A stretch of DNA of 64,000 nt from Candidatus Poseidoniaceae archaeon (GCA_028821785.1 JAPKFC010000001.1:7518-71517), one strand, 5' to 3'; numbered from the stretch's first letter, positions 49,190-58,586 are shown. Numbers and translations: made by a program. The notes: a model not told the origin generated them from the letters alone.

Positions 49190-50869
49190 ATGACCGAGAC
49201 AGAGAATGATGAAACCTCAATGGCAGAATGTGGGAATTGCCGTGCGGTAATTCCAAGTGATTCTAGCGAATGTTCAGAATGTAAAATCAAGTTTTCGGGA
49301 CTTTCAGAAGATGCCCTTGGTGAATGTGGCGCTTGTGGAACTTTAGTTCCTCTTGAATCAACCAGTTGCAAAAAGTGTGGCGTTATTTTCGTTGCAGATG
49401 ATGTGATGGATGTATTGCGAAACTGGCTAGCTAACACTGGTTTAAGCATAGCCTCATTATTTGATAAATTCGATACTAACGGAGACGGAATGATCGACTC
49501 TGATGAATTACGGCAAGGGCTGTTAAGCCTAAATCTAGCAGATCTCCCTCCATCACAAATTGATAGATTGATTGAGCAAATTGATATTGATGGCGATGGA
49601 AAAATAGACTTAGCGGAATTAGAAAAATCCGTTACTGGCGCAGAATATACTCCTTCTGAGGTTGAAAAAGAAGAAGATTCTGAAGAATCCGAAGAAGAAA
49701 ATGAAGAAGAAGAAGATTCTGACGCTGATTCTGAAGATTCCGAAGAAGAAAATGAAGAAGAAGATTCTGACGCTGATTCTGAAGATGATAGCGAATCTGC
49801 TTCAAAACAATATAACCCTGCCGAGATTCTTGAAATGTTGATTAATGTCATGGATGAGCAAGAGGCTAATCCAGCAGAGATTTTCCATGTATTGGATGAA
49901 GATGGTGACAAATATGTTAGCAGTGAAGAATTCTCAAATACGGTCGGAGAACTACTAGAGGGTGAAGATATTAGCCAAACAAGTATTTCAGATTTCATTG
50001 AATCTTTAGATTTAGATAAAGATGGAAATATTGACATAATCGAATTCATTTCTGCTATTGAGTCTCAAGAAGATGAAGAACTCGAAGAAGAATCTGAAGA
50101 GGATTCAAATTACTCAGAAAAGCCTCCTAAGGAATTCCCTTCACCGATGCAATCAGCAATGATCACTAAGAAATGGAATGATATCTGGTGGCCGCTAATT
50201 CACGCAGCATTCTTTGCTTTCATACTTATTTGGGTTGTCAATGGTATCGGCCTTATTGTTGATGGTTCAGGAGGACCTGTTGCATTGGAAACCTCCTACG
50301 GGATGGGCAGCGGCGATCTGAGTGAAGGCGATATTTACCCTTGTGATGCAGAAATCCAAGTCGATAATTGCGCGAATTCATTAACTCCTTTCTCTGGTGA
50401 AGCCTCATCTATGCCGAAAGGATTCTATGCTGATGGTATCTTTTTCATAATTCTTGGAGCCATGGGTATGGTGGGCTCAATGTTTACACACTTGGTCCTA
50501 GCCAAAGGTTGGAGAGAACGTGTCAAGGCTATGAAGGAAGTTGAATCTGATACAGAGGATGCAAAAGAAGCATCTGATGACGAAGATGAAGGTGATTCAG
50601 ACTCAGATGAAGAAGAAAATGATGATTCTGTCAGCGATGAAGATATCTCTGAAGATGAAGGAGATGATTCCGATGACGAAGAAGGAGATGATTCCGATGA
50701 CGAAGAAGATGATATCGACGTCGGATCCCATATTGGCCTCACAGTTGATGAGGAAGAATTCTTTGGAACCATAATTGAGTTTGATGACGAGGATGAACTT
50801 GTTACAATCAAGGAAGACGGTACTGGTGATGAAATAACTGGATACCAAGATGAGATGTTCTTGGAGTAA
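49190..50869 (+). CDS. Acidic membrane protein: double zinc ribbon, four EF-hands, 2 TM helices, small C-terminal beta-barrel-like domain
   Basis: CGNC/CSEC/CGAC/CKKC; EF loops DTNGDGMIDSDE, DIDGDGKIDLAE, DEDGDKYVSSEE, DLDKDGNIDIIE; two hydrophobic helices. Confidence 0.8.
   Translation: MTETENDETSMAECGNCRAVIPSDSSECSECKIKFSGLSEDALGECGACGTLVPLESTSCKKCGVIFVADDVMDVLRNWLANTGLSIASLFDKFDTNGDGMIDSDELRQGLLSLNLADLPPSQIDRLIEQIDIDGDGKIDLAELEKSVTGAEYTPSEVEKEEDSEESEEENEEEEDSDADSEDSEEENEEEDSDADSEDDSESASKQYNPAEILEMLINVMDEQEANPAEIFHVLDEDGDKYVSSEEFSNTVGELLEGEDISQTSISDFIESLDLDKDGNIDIIEFISAIESQEDEELEEESEEDSNYSEKPPKEFPSPMQSAMITKKWNDIWWPLIHAAFFAFILIWVVNGIGLIVDGSGGPVALETSYGMGSGDLSEGDIYPCDAEIQVDNCANSLTPFSGEASSMPKGFYADGIFFIILGAMGMVGSMFTHLVLAKGWRERVKAMKEVESDTEDAKEASDDEDEGDSDSDEEENDDSVSDEDISEDEGDDSDDEEGDDSDDEEDDIDVGSHIGLTVDEEEFFGTIIEFDDEDELVTIKEDGTGDEITGYQDEMFLE
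49672..49788 (+). repeat. Coding tandem duplication in the acidic linker (about 2 x 45-48 bp)
   Basis: tccgaagaagaaaatgaagaagaa(gaa)gattctgacgctgattctgaagat occurs twice. Confidence 0.8.
50657..50707 (+). repeat. Coding tandem repeat, 2 x 24 bp (EGDDSDDE)
   Basis: gaaggagatgattccgatgacgaa occurs twice in tandem. Confidence 0.8.
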
Positions 50870-50873
50870 ATAC

Positions 50874-51245
50874 ATGTCCGCCGACCCACTAAATGCATTG
50901 CGCGGCACATCCTTTTGTCCTGTCTGCGGTTGTATTGAAACCTCAGGTAGTGTTCGCTGTGCTGAGTGTGGTACATTCCATTCTAGCGCTCATTTAGAGG
51001 AGAGAGAAGCACCTCCACCTTCGCAAGAAGTACCAACACAACTAGTTGATCCAGCATCATATTCGTTAGCACCTGGGGCAGACCAGATCCCTGTAGAGTC
51101 GTTTGAAGAATCAGATTCTGTAACTAGCTGGGAAGGTGGTTCAACTGATTTCACTGTGGATGAAGAGGACGAAAGGCCAATGAGTAGAGTTGACCCTGAT
51201 GAATTGGTCTTACCCGATCCAGAGGAATTAACAAATATTAAGTGA
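50874..51245 (+). CDS. Zinc-ribbon acidic hypothetical protein
   Basis: FCPVCG..RCAECG followed by an acidic tail; ATG 50874 lies 4 nt after the upstream stop. Confidence 0.7.
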   Translation: MSADPLNALRGTSFCPVCGCIETSGSVRCAECGTFHSSAHLEEREAPPPSQEVPTQLVDPASYSLAPGADQIPVESFEESDSVTSWEGGSTDFTVDEEDERPMSRVDPDELVLPDPEELTNIK

Positions 51246-51342
51246 TACTGATTTATCAGTATATACTTTTTGAATGGTAATTATAATTTATTACTTTCAA
51301 AAGTTAAAAGTAATGAAATCATACGATATGAGATATAAATAC

Positions 51343-51418
51343 TGGTGGGCTCGGAGAGAATTGAACTCTCGATCTTCGCCATGTCAAGGCGACGTCATAA
51401 CCCCTAGACCACAAGCCC
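51343..51418 (-). tRNA. tRNA-Val(GAC), CCA encoded
   Basis: Reverse complement GGGCTTGTGGTCTAGGGGTTATGACGTCGCCTTGACATGGCGAAGATCGAGAGTTCAATTCTCTCCGAGCCCACCA folds into a cloverleaf with anticodon GAC; TATA-like TTTAATATA upstream. Confidence 0.96.
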
Positions 51419-51477
51419 CTAGGTAAAGTGAGCCACTTAGGCTCTATATTAAACGGATTCGGTATACTATTTCCGAT

Positions 51478-51630
51478 TCAGCTAACGATCTTAGAAATCT
51501 TACCAGTACAACCTGGTTGAGAGCAAAGACCCCCCATTCTAGTTCGTCCATTAGACATTTTGAATAATTGACCATCTTTAATCGGTCCATATGTTTTACA
51601 CTTCAAACAAAATCCTTCAACTACTGCCAT
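51478..51630 (-). CDS. 50-aa basic zinc-ribbon protein (DUF5679-like), absent from the ORF track
   Basis: MAVVEGFCLKCKTYGPIKDGQLFKMSNGRTRMGGLCSQPGCTGKISKIVS; SD-like GAGTGAG upstream. Confidence 0.75.
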   Translation of the reverse strand: MAVVEGFCLKCKTYGPIKDGQLFKMSNGRTRMGGLCSQPGCTGKISKIVS

Positions 51631-51713
51631 CTCACTCAGTATGTTCCAGACATATCATTGACTTGAACCCTACTATTCGACATCATTTTTGAGAATGTTA
51701 GAATTTCTTGAAT

Positions 51714-51751
51714 AATGCACCCTCTGAGGGGGGGATTAGAGGTGCATTTTT
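51714..51751. terminator. Stem-loop with T-tract (possible terminator or structured RNA)
   Basis: AATGCACCCTCT / AGAGGTGCATT stem with one bulge, followed by a T run on the + strand. Confidence 0.45.
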
Positions 51752-51852
51752 ACGATTCTTTGAAAGTTTTCCGCTCACAGTATTTCACAAAAGCACTACT
51801 GCGTAGCATTTTTCCTTACTAGACTGGTTATTCTATGCCGCCAGATAAATCC

Positions 51853-51882
51853 AATGTCGTATAACTTACCTTATACGACATT
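51853..51882. other. Candidate dif-like tyrosine recombinase (XerA) site
   Basis: Perfect 12-bp inverted repeat AATGTCGTATAA-CTTACC-TTATACGACATT with the ATAA-N6-TTAT core of dif sites. Confidence 0.65.
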
Positions 51883-51904
51883 ATACTGCACGGTTTGAGA
51901 GTGA

Positions 51905-52240
51905 TTATTCCGATTGTTCAAGATTAAGTTGCAAATCTTCAGTTTCGATTGTAAATACACCCACTAACGGAGGGCCGAGTAAGCAAGAATCTAATCCACC
52001 ATCACGCGAATCAAGAGTTTCAATAATTGCATTTGAAATATCGATCCAATCTTGCCTAGATGCAAAAACACTCTGGACAAGAAGTAATGGTTCACCATCA
52101 CTAGATTTAGCATACCATGCTGCAAGACAACCAGATTTTTGTCTTTTGAATTCTTGACGCGTATTGAGCATTCGTAGGAGTCTTGCATCTTTACCTTGAG
52201 CTGGTGAACAAACTACAGTTTCCATTATTGCTTCAACCAT
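51905..52240 (-). CDS. Small dimeric alpha/beta-barrel (ABM-like) protein
   Basis: PAQGKD..FKRQKSGCL..LLVQSVF pattern; SD AAGGTGG before ATG 52240. Confidence 0.55.
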   Translation of the reverse strand: MVEAIMETVVCSPAQGKDARLLRMLNTRQEFKRQKSGCLAAWYAKSSDGEPLLLVQSVFASRQDWIDISNAIIETLDSRDGGLDSCLLGPPLVGVFTIETEDLQLNLEQSE

Positions 52241-52323
52241 GATTTCCACCTTATTAATAATTACACTGGTTTAATATTATTTACTTTCTAAAATCTATTA
52301 ACACATAATTCAGTAGTGTCGAA

Positions 52324-53604
52324 TTAATGGAAAACCAAATCACCTTCAAGCATAGTAGCATGGAATGGTGAATCTCCAGGTTGTTGGCACCAAGCCTGCC
52401 ACCATGGACCATCTACGATATTCAAGTTCGCAACCGCACCTTCTTCGATAACTCCGTGTCGCGCACCCGAGGGGTGTGGAGTTGTTTGAGCAGGGTTGCG
52501 TGAGCAAGCCACTAGTGCCGCTAAAGGTGATACTGCACAACGTTGTACGAGTATAGAAGCGATAAAGGGTAAACTCAATGTTTGGCAATTAGGATTGAAA
52601 TCTGTGGCAACAGACCAAGTGAATTGTTGTTCAGTGATTTCGTTAAAATCAGGCCACTGTTCGCCCATTGAATATGGTGTTCCGGGCAAAAATCCGCAAT
52701 TAACACCGTTCTCCTCCATTTTTATTCTAGCATCAGTAGAAGTGTAATGGGAATGATCTGCACTGGTTACTGCTAATTCGGCAGCTAAGTCTCCACCACC
52801 ACCATCGGTAAACTCGTCAACATGCATTCTCAAATCGAGACCTCCTTGTTTAGATTGTTTTAGAATGTCCTCACTCTCTTCAATGGTAAACCACCCCGGC
52901 TCGCAAAATACATCAGCAGAACGGGCAAGACCTTGTTCCAATACAGCAGGTAATTGTTCGCTCAAGATTTCTTCTACGTAATCGCTCCTCGAGTAACCCT
53001 TCGGAGTAGCATGCGCACCTAGCCAAGTTTGATCAATACTCGGCAGGTGATTCATTTTAGAGAGTTCATTTGCTGCGGCGATTAGTTTTAATTCAGACTC
53101 TGTGGATAATCCATATCCACTTTTTACTTCTAAGTGAGTTGAACCATTTCTAAAAGCACCCCTCAAGCGCTTGTAACCTAATTCAACCAATTCGGCTTGT
53201 GTTGAATTACGTGTTGCTTCAACTGTAGAAACTATCCCTCCACCCATTGAAGCGATATCGGAATAAGAATGTCCTTGCTGACGCCACGATACTTCTCTAG
53301 AGCGGTCCCCCGACCACAATAAATGGGTATGTGCATCTACTAGACCCGGTATTATTGCCTTTCCATTCAATGAATAAATTTTACACTCCGAATTATCCAA
53401 TTTAGAGTGGTGGATGTTTTCACCACCATACTCATCTTCTAGAGACTTTGAATCATCAATTTTCACAATTATGCCGTCTTCTATAACAATTCCCTTTCCA
53501 GCAGGATTAGTCAATAACTCAGAATCGAATATATCCGCACCCTTCAAAGAACCCTTTCCAGAGAGGTGGGCCATCGGCCCAAGGTCCAACAATACGGTTC
53601 GCAT
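52324..53604 (-). CDS. hutI: Imidazolonepropionase
   Basis: PGLVDAHTHL, GGGIVSTV, EVKSGYGL, LGAHA, DVFCEPG, HVDEF, ATDFNP. Confidence 0.92.
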   Translation of the reverse strand: MRTVLLDLGPMAHLSGKGSLKGADIFDSELLTNPAGKGIVIEDGIIVKIDDSKSLEDEYGGENIHHSKLDNSECKIYSLNGKAIIPGLVDAHTHLLWSGDRSREVSWRQQGHSYSDIASMGGGIVSTVEATRNSTQAELVELGYKRLRGAFRNGSTHLEVKSGYGLSTESELKLIAAANELSKMNHLPSIDQTWLGAHATPKGYSRSDYVEEILSEQLPAVLEQGLARSADVFCEPGWFTIEESEDILKQSKQGGLDLRMHVDEFTDGGGGDLAAELAVTSADHSHYTSTDARIKMEENGVNCGFLPGTPYSMGEQWPDFNEITEQQFTWSVATDFNPNCQTLSLPFIASILVQRCAVSPLAALVACSRNPAQTTPHPSGARHGVIEEGAVANLNIVDGPWWQAWCQQPGDSPFHATMLEGDLVFH

Positions 53605-53662
53605 TGGTGGGGCTTATGCGTGAGGGTTGAAGAACCATAGCCATGAGCACTGTCTGAGCGCG

Positions 53663-54673
53663 ATGGATAAGTGGACCCTTGGAATTGAGTCAACCGCTCA
53701 CACACTATCATTTGGATTGGTAGATCCTAATGGCATTCCGTTTCCATCTTGTTCCGATACCGTCAGTCCCGACGAGGGGGGAATTCATCCTCGTGAAGCA
53801 GCGGATCATCACAAAGAAGTTGCACCGGTCTTGCTAGAAAAAATACTTCTAGAGAATGAATTGAATATCTCCGATATTGGAGCAGTTGCTTATTCACAGG
53901 GGCCTGGATTAGCACCCTGCTTAAGAGTAGGTGCTGCTATTGCGAGAGGGATTTCTAGTAGACTTGGAATTCCATTAATTGGAGTTAATCACTGTGTTGC
54001 ACATATTGAAATCGGTAGAGACCAATGCGGTTGTATTGACCCTGTATTGCTATATGTTTCAGGAGGAAATACCCAAGTTATTGCAAGGCTGGAAGGGCGT
54101 TATCGTGTATTAGGTGAAACACTCGATATTGGCATTGGCAATATGCTTGACAAATTCGCACGCACTCAGGGAATACCATTTCCTGGCGGCCCAGTGATTG
54201 AGAAATTAGCCGCACAATGGCTTGCCGAAAACCCTAATCCCTCTATGGATGGTTTGGAATTACCATATGCTGTTAGGGGGATGGATTTGGCCTTCTCCGG
54301 AGTCATGACCGCAGCTCAGCGATTACTTGATTCTGGAAAATCTCTCGGCGCTGTATGTTGGTCATTACAGGAGCATGCATTCTCTGCATGTGTAGAAGTA
54401 GCGGAACGTGCAATGGCTCATACTGGAAAATCAGAACTGTTACTTGGTGGCGGTGTTGCATGTAATATGCGGCTACGTAAAATGTGTGAACTAATGGCGG
54501 ATGAGCGCGAATCAATTTCATTTGCACCTCCACGAATGTACTGTATTGACAACGGAACAATGATTGCAAAATTAGGGTTTTTGGAATTACTAAATGGTAG
54601 AATTACGACATACTCTGAAAGTGCCATAGACCAGTATTTACGAACTGACCAAACCCCAATTAGTTGGGCATGA
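53663..54673 (+). CDS. kae1: t6A tRNA threonylcarbamoyltransferase Kae1
   Basis: LGIESTAHT, GGIHPREAADHH, GPGLAPCL, NHCVAHIE, YVSGGNTQ, GETLDIGIGN, IDNGTMI. Confidence 0.95.
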   Translation: MDKWTLGIESTAHTLSFGLVDPNGIPFPSCSDTVSPDEGGIHPREAADHHKEVAPVLLEKILLENELNISDIGAVAYSQGPGLAPCLRVGAAIARGISSRLGIPLIGVNHCVAHIEIGRDQCGCIDPVLLYVSGGNTQVIARLEGRYRVLGETLDIGIGNMLDKFARTQGIPFPGGPVIEKLAAQWLAENPNPSMDGLELPYAVRGMDLAFSGVMTAAQRLLDSGKSLGAVCWSLQEHAFSACVEVAERAMAHTGKSELLLGGGVACNMRLRKMCELMADERESISFAPPRMYCIDNGTMIAKLGFLELLNGRITTYSESAIDQYLRTDQTPISWA

Positions 54674-54723
54674 GGGCACGGTTGTAACGCTAACCGTTTT
54701 ATGGGGTCGGCTACGCCACACAC

Positions 54724-55587
54724 TTGGGGGAGACAACCATCGAGCGCAGAAAGAAGAAGGGCGACCCCGATAACCCATTTGCCCCCGATGCTGGTGCAGT
54801 GAGAAATCAGAAACACAACCAACGCGTTCAAATCACTCGTACAACTGCTGCTAAAGCACCAAATTCCGCACCTCAAACAGGCAAAGATGTTGGTTTGAGC
54901 GACCTAGAAAAGAAGCGTAAGGAAGCGCTCAATCGAATGTCTGAAACTAAACCTTCTCCTGTTGATAGCGTAGAAAAAACCGAGGCAACTCCTGCCTCTG
55001 GAATTTCAAACAGCAACCAAAAACAACAACCTTCAGAAAAGGCATCTTCAAGAGCAGATCGACTTGCTGAATTACGTAAAAAATCTGCTGCTTCAAAATT
55101 GAATGCAGAGCAGCATAAGGTCGAAGAAGTTTCTGCGGTCGAAGTAGTTGCTGAAGTAAAGTTAGTCGAAGCTAAGGTCGAAATTGAAAGTTTTTCTGCA
55201 GTCACTGACACCGTTTCTAAACCTGAAGTATCACAATTAAATGTTTTTAAAATCGTTGAAGAGACTCAAGTTAAAGCAACAAATGACCGTCGTAAAAAAC
55301 GACGCCCACATGCTAAGAAAGGCGGTGGACGGCAAAAGCAAGAGAGGAGACTCAACAGGCAGAAATATTTGGAGTACAAATATGCTGCAAGGGATATTCT
55401 CGACGACCCTTCAGTACCAGAAGAACATCGGTCTAACGTATTAGGCCAAGTTTGGGCAAAGGGTGAACGAATGTCTGTCGAAGATTCTTATGAATTTATT
55501 GATAGCAAAATACTGGAAAATATCCTAACTGAAGAAATCGGTAATAAATTGAGAACATTGGTTAGGAAATTTACAACTAGAAGGTGA
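54724..55587 (+). CDS. Basic, low-complexity hypothetical protein
   Basis: 287-aa ORF with TTG start, Lys/Arg-rich segments and a helical C-terminal domain; next gene starts 4 nt downstream. Confidence 0.65.
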   Translation: MGETTIERRKKKGDPDNPFAPDAGAVRNQKHNQRVQITRTTAAKAPNSAPQTGKDVGLSDLEKKRKEALNRMSETKPSPVDSVEKTEATPASGISNSNQKQQPSEKASSRADRLAELRKKSAASKLNAEQHKVEEVSAVEVVAEVKLVEAKVEIESFSAVTDTVSKPEVSQLNVFKIVEETQVKATNDRRKKRRPHAKKGGGRQKQERRLNRQKYLEYKYAARDILDDPSVPEEHRSNVLGQVWAKGERMSVEDSYEFIDSKILENILTEEIGNKLRTLVRKFTTRR

Positions 55588-55591
55588 TGAA

Positions 55592-56095
55592 ATGAGTGAT
55601 TTAGCAGTAGGAAAAAATATGGTTGCAAGTGTACATTACACTGGTACAATGCCGGAAACAGGAGAAGTCTTTGATAGTAGTGAGGGCAAAGATCCTCTTA
55701 CATTCCTTATAGGACATGGACAAATGATTCCAGGTTTTGAAACAAATATCGAGGGTGCAAAAATCGGTGAGAAGAGAACCTTTACACTAACTGCAGACGA
55801 AGCATACGGGGAGCGCGAAGACGCTGCACTAATGAAGATTCCAAGAAGTGAATTTGCGCAATTAGAAGAAGGGGCTAAATTGGAAATTGGAATGACACTT
55901 GTAGCAACGATGCAGCATGGTCCTGCACCATTTAATATTACAGAATTAACTGATGACGAAGTAACTGCCGATTTCAACCACAAGTTGGCAGGAGAAGCTT
56001 TGACATTTGCAGTTGAAATCGTAGAACTACGCGATGCTAGTGAAGAGGAATTATCGCACGGCCATGTTCATGGACCTGGCGGACACCACCACTGA
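55592..56095 (+). CDS. slyD: FKBP-type peptidyl-prolyl isomerase (SlyD-like)
   Basis: [43 protein letters not shown], His-rich tail [12 protein letters not shown]. Confidence 0.92.
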   Translation: MSDLAVGKNMVASVHYTGTMPETGEVFDSSEGKDPLTFLIGHGQMIPGFETNIEGAKIGEKRTFTLTADEAYGEREDAALMKIPRSEFAQLEEGAKLEIGMTLVATMQHGPAPFNITELTDDEVTADFNHKLAGEALTFAVEIVELRDASEEELSHGHVHGPGGHHH

Positions 56096-56156
56096 ACTGA
56101 TTAATTCAAACATTCCAAGTGGGAGTGTTGAAGAATCGCCTACACTTGGACACTAT

Positions 56157-57758
56157 ATGGTCGGGTCGCGTAAGGACGAGTGGAAAACCCTCGGCGGACT
56201 TGATATCCCTCTACAAAGTGATGAAAATACACTTTCTGAAGTTGGCTATGTTCGTTCCAATGTAGGTGATGCTGGAAGTAAACCGTATACTCGCGGCATT
56301 CATGCCACAATGTATCGCTCAAGACTTTGGACAATGCGCCAATACGCTGGATTTTCTAGTGCTAAGGCTACAAATGAGCGCTTCAAACTATTATTAGAGC
56401 GTGGACAAAAGGGCTTGTCTGTTGCTTTTGATTTACCTACACAATTAGGGCTTGATGCTGATGATGAGTTGTCGATGGGCGAGGTAGGGAAAGTTGGAGT
56501 TTCCATTTCATCTATTGATGATATGAGATTATTGCTAGATGGTATTCCACTAGATCAAGTAAGCACTTCGATGACAATTAATTCACCAGCGATCATTCTA
56601 TTGGCGATGTATGTGGCAGTAGCAGAAGAGCAAGGTGTTTCAGCAGACAAAGTAATCGGTACAATTCAGAATGATATACTCAAAGAATACATTGCCAGGG
56701 GCACATATGTATTCCCGCCAAAGCAATCGATGCGATTAATCACTGATGTGTTTGAATATTGTGCTGAAAACATCCCACTATGGAATACTATTTCCATTTC
56801 GGGATATCATATTCGCGAAGCAGGTTCTACTGCTGTTCAAGAGATAGCATTCACACTGGCAAATGCATTAGCATATGTTGAGGCTGCAATTGATATTGGT
56901 TTGGATATTGACACCTTTGCTCCAAGACTTTCTTTCTTTTTCAATTGCCATAATGATTTCTTTGAAGAAGCGAGTAAATTTAGAGCTGCAAGAAGATTAT
57001 GGCATGACCTAATTAGCCAACGCTATCAACCTAAAAATCCTAAGTCGGCGATGCTCAGATTCCATACACAGGTTGCTGGAGTTAGCCTAACAGCCCAACA
57101 ACCGCTCAACAATATTGCACGAGTTACAATACAAGCGTTAGCAGCAGTATGTGGTGGGACTCAAAGTCTTCACACCAATTCATATGATGAAGCATAGGGA
57201 TTACCTACTGAAGAAAGTGCAACTGTAGCACTTAGAACTCAACAAATAATTGCTGAAGAAAGTGGAGTTGCTGATGTAGCAGATCCATTGGGTGGTTCAT
57301 ATCACGTAGAGGCTTTAACAGAACGGATTTATCAAGAAGCGCTACTGCAAATCCAAGAGATTGAAAAGTTAGGTGGTGCAATGGCGGCAATTGAGGCAGG
57401 CTGGCAGCAGAGAGAAATTCATAATGCTGCGTTTAAGCACCTTTCTGATGTAGAATCAGGTGATAGAAAAATAGTCGGGGTTAATCACGGGATTATGGAT
57501 GGAGAAGATGATACTGAAGCCCTAAAATTAGACCAAACTGTTGGCGAAATGCAATGTCTTAGACTAAAGGAATTAAGAGAGCATAGAGATGAGGTGAAAT
57601 CACAATCATGCATAGATGCTATAGGGCTTGCATCTGCTGGAACTGATAACCTATTTCCTCTAATATTGGAAGCTGTTAAGTCTAATTGCACTCTAGGTGA
57701 AATAATGAATGCAATGCGTTCTGAGTTCGGAGAATGGATGGCTCCGAGTGGGTTTTGA
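56157..57758 (+). pseudogene. Methylmalonyl-CoA mutase catalytic subunit with in-frame TAG at 57195-57197
   Basis: [40 protein letters not shown]; reading [16 protein letters not shown] continues in frame to MAPSGF at 57758. Confidence 0.85.
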
Positions 57759-57767
57759 GGTGATTTA

Positions 57768-58208
57768 ATGAATTTCGGATCAATACATATCGACCATATA
57801 GGAATAGCAACTAGTGACTTAGAATCTGCAAGTCACTTTTGGAAACTACTCGGTTTAATTCAAGGTTCAGAGGATGAAACTGTAATAGAACAGGGTGTAA
57901 CAACTAGATTTTTCTCAACATCTCAACCAGATGAGAGTGTTGAGCAACATCCACCGATGGTAGAATTGCTACAGCCAACTTCAGCGGATACTCCGATTGG
58001 GAACTTTTTAGCAAAACGCGGACCCGGCATACAACAATTGTGTTTCCGTGTTGAAAAATTGCAACAGTTAATTGACTATTTACTGGATAACGGAATTCAG
58101 ATGATTGATGTCGAACCTAAAGTCGGCGCAGGGGGCTCAAAAATAGCATTTGTACACCCAAAATCAACAGGTGGAGTTTTGGTAGAACTCAAACAAAGCA
58201 ACCACTGA
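57768..58208 (+). CDS. mce: Methylmalonyl-CoA epimerase
   Basis: IDHIGIA, VELLQP, FLAKRGPGIQ, IAFVHPKSTGGVLVEL; follows the mutase. Confidence 0.9.
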   Translation: MNFGSIHIDHIGIATSDLESASHFWKLLGLIQGSEDETVIEQGVTTRFFSTSQPDESVEQHPPMVELLQPTSADTPIGNFLAKRGPGIQQLCFRVEKLQQLIDYLLDNGIQMIDVEPKVGAGGSKIAFVHPKSTGGVLVELKQSNH

Positions 58209-58271
58209 GTCTTGCCTTTGCTGTAATTATAATGGATAATATCTTAACCCTTCAGCATGGGCTAGGTTGTG

Positions 58272-58577
58272 ATGAGAACTTGTGTTGACCACCTTATAGC
58301 CTTACCACATATTGACGGCCCACGTGTTAGAAGAGAAGCAGAGTTCGTTTCCACTCAGTTAGATGCCCTTAGAGTTAATGGTAAAATATCCAATGATGCA
58401 TTTCTTGATGCTGGAGCAATACAAGGTGCTTTCAACATGATTGGAAACTTAGTTGAGATGGGTATTTCGCAAAAAGAGATACATCTGCAACTTAGGCAAC
58501 AATTGTCTCGCGCCTGCCGTTTGGAAGAGAAGCACCCTGGATTAAATGCCGCAGTTGAATCTGGAAGAGCCAGTTGA
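58272..58577 (+). CDS. Hypothetical protein
   Basis: About 101-aa helical ORF followed 9 nt later by the ABC ATPase. Confidence 0.6.
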   Translation: MRTCVDHLIALPHIDGPRVRREAEFVSTQLDALRVNGKISNDAFLDAGAIQGAFNMIGNLVEMGISQKEIHLQLRQQLSRACRLEEKHPGLNAAVESGRAS

Positions 58578-58586
58578 GGGAGTTTA

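Noticed and set aside
49672..50710. Direct repeats as a possible CRISPR array
   Set aside because: In-frame low-complexity coding repeats with no unique spacers and no cas genes
49123..50976. Long antisense ORFs (49123-50049, 50425-50976, also 8935-9822, 1833-2555 and similar)
   Set aside because: Shadows of well-supported genes on the opposite strand; Ser-rich sequence mirrors GAA/GAT codons and no motifs are recognisable
51246..52323. Integrated element at tRNA-Val
   Set aside because: No integrase and no duplicated tRNA 3' end (att repeat) found in the window; flanking genes look chromosomal
57195..57197. Pyrrolysine or genetic code change
   Set aside because: Position is a conserved Leu, TAG terminates other genes here, and no pyl genes are visible
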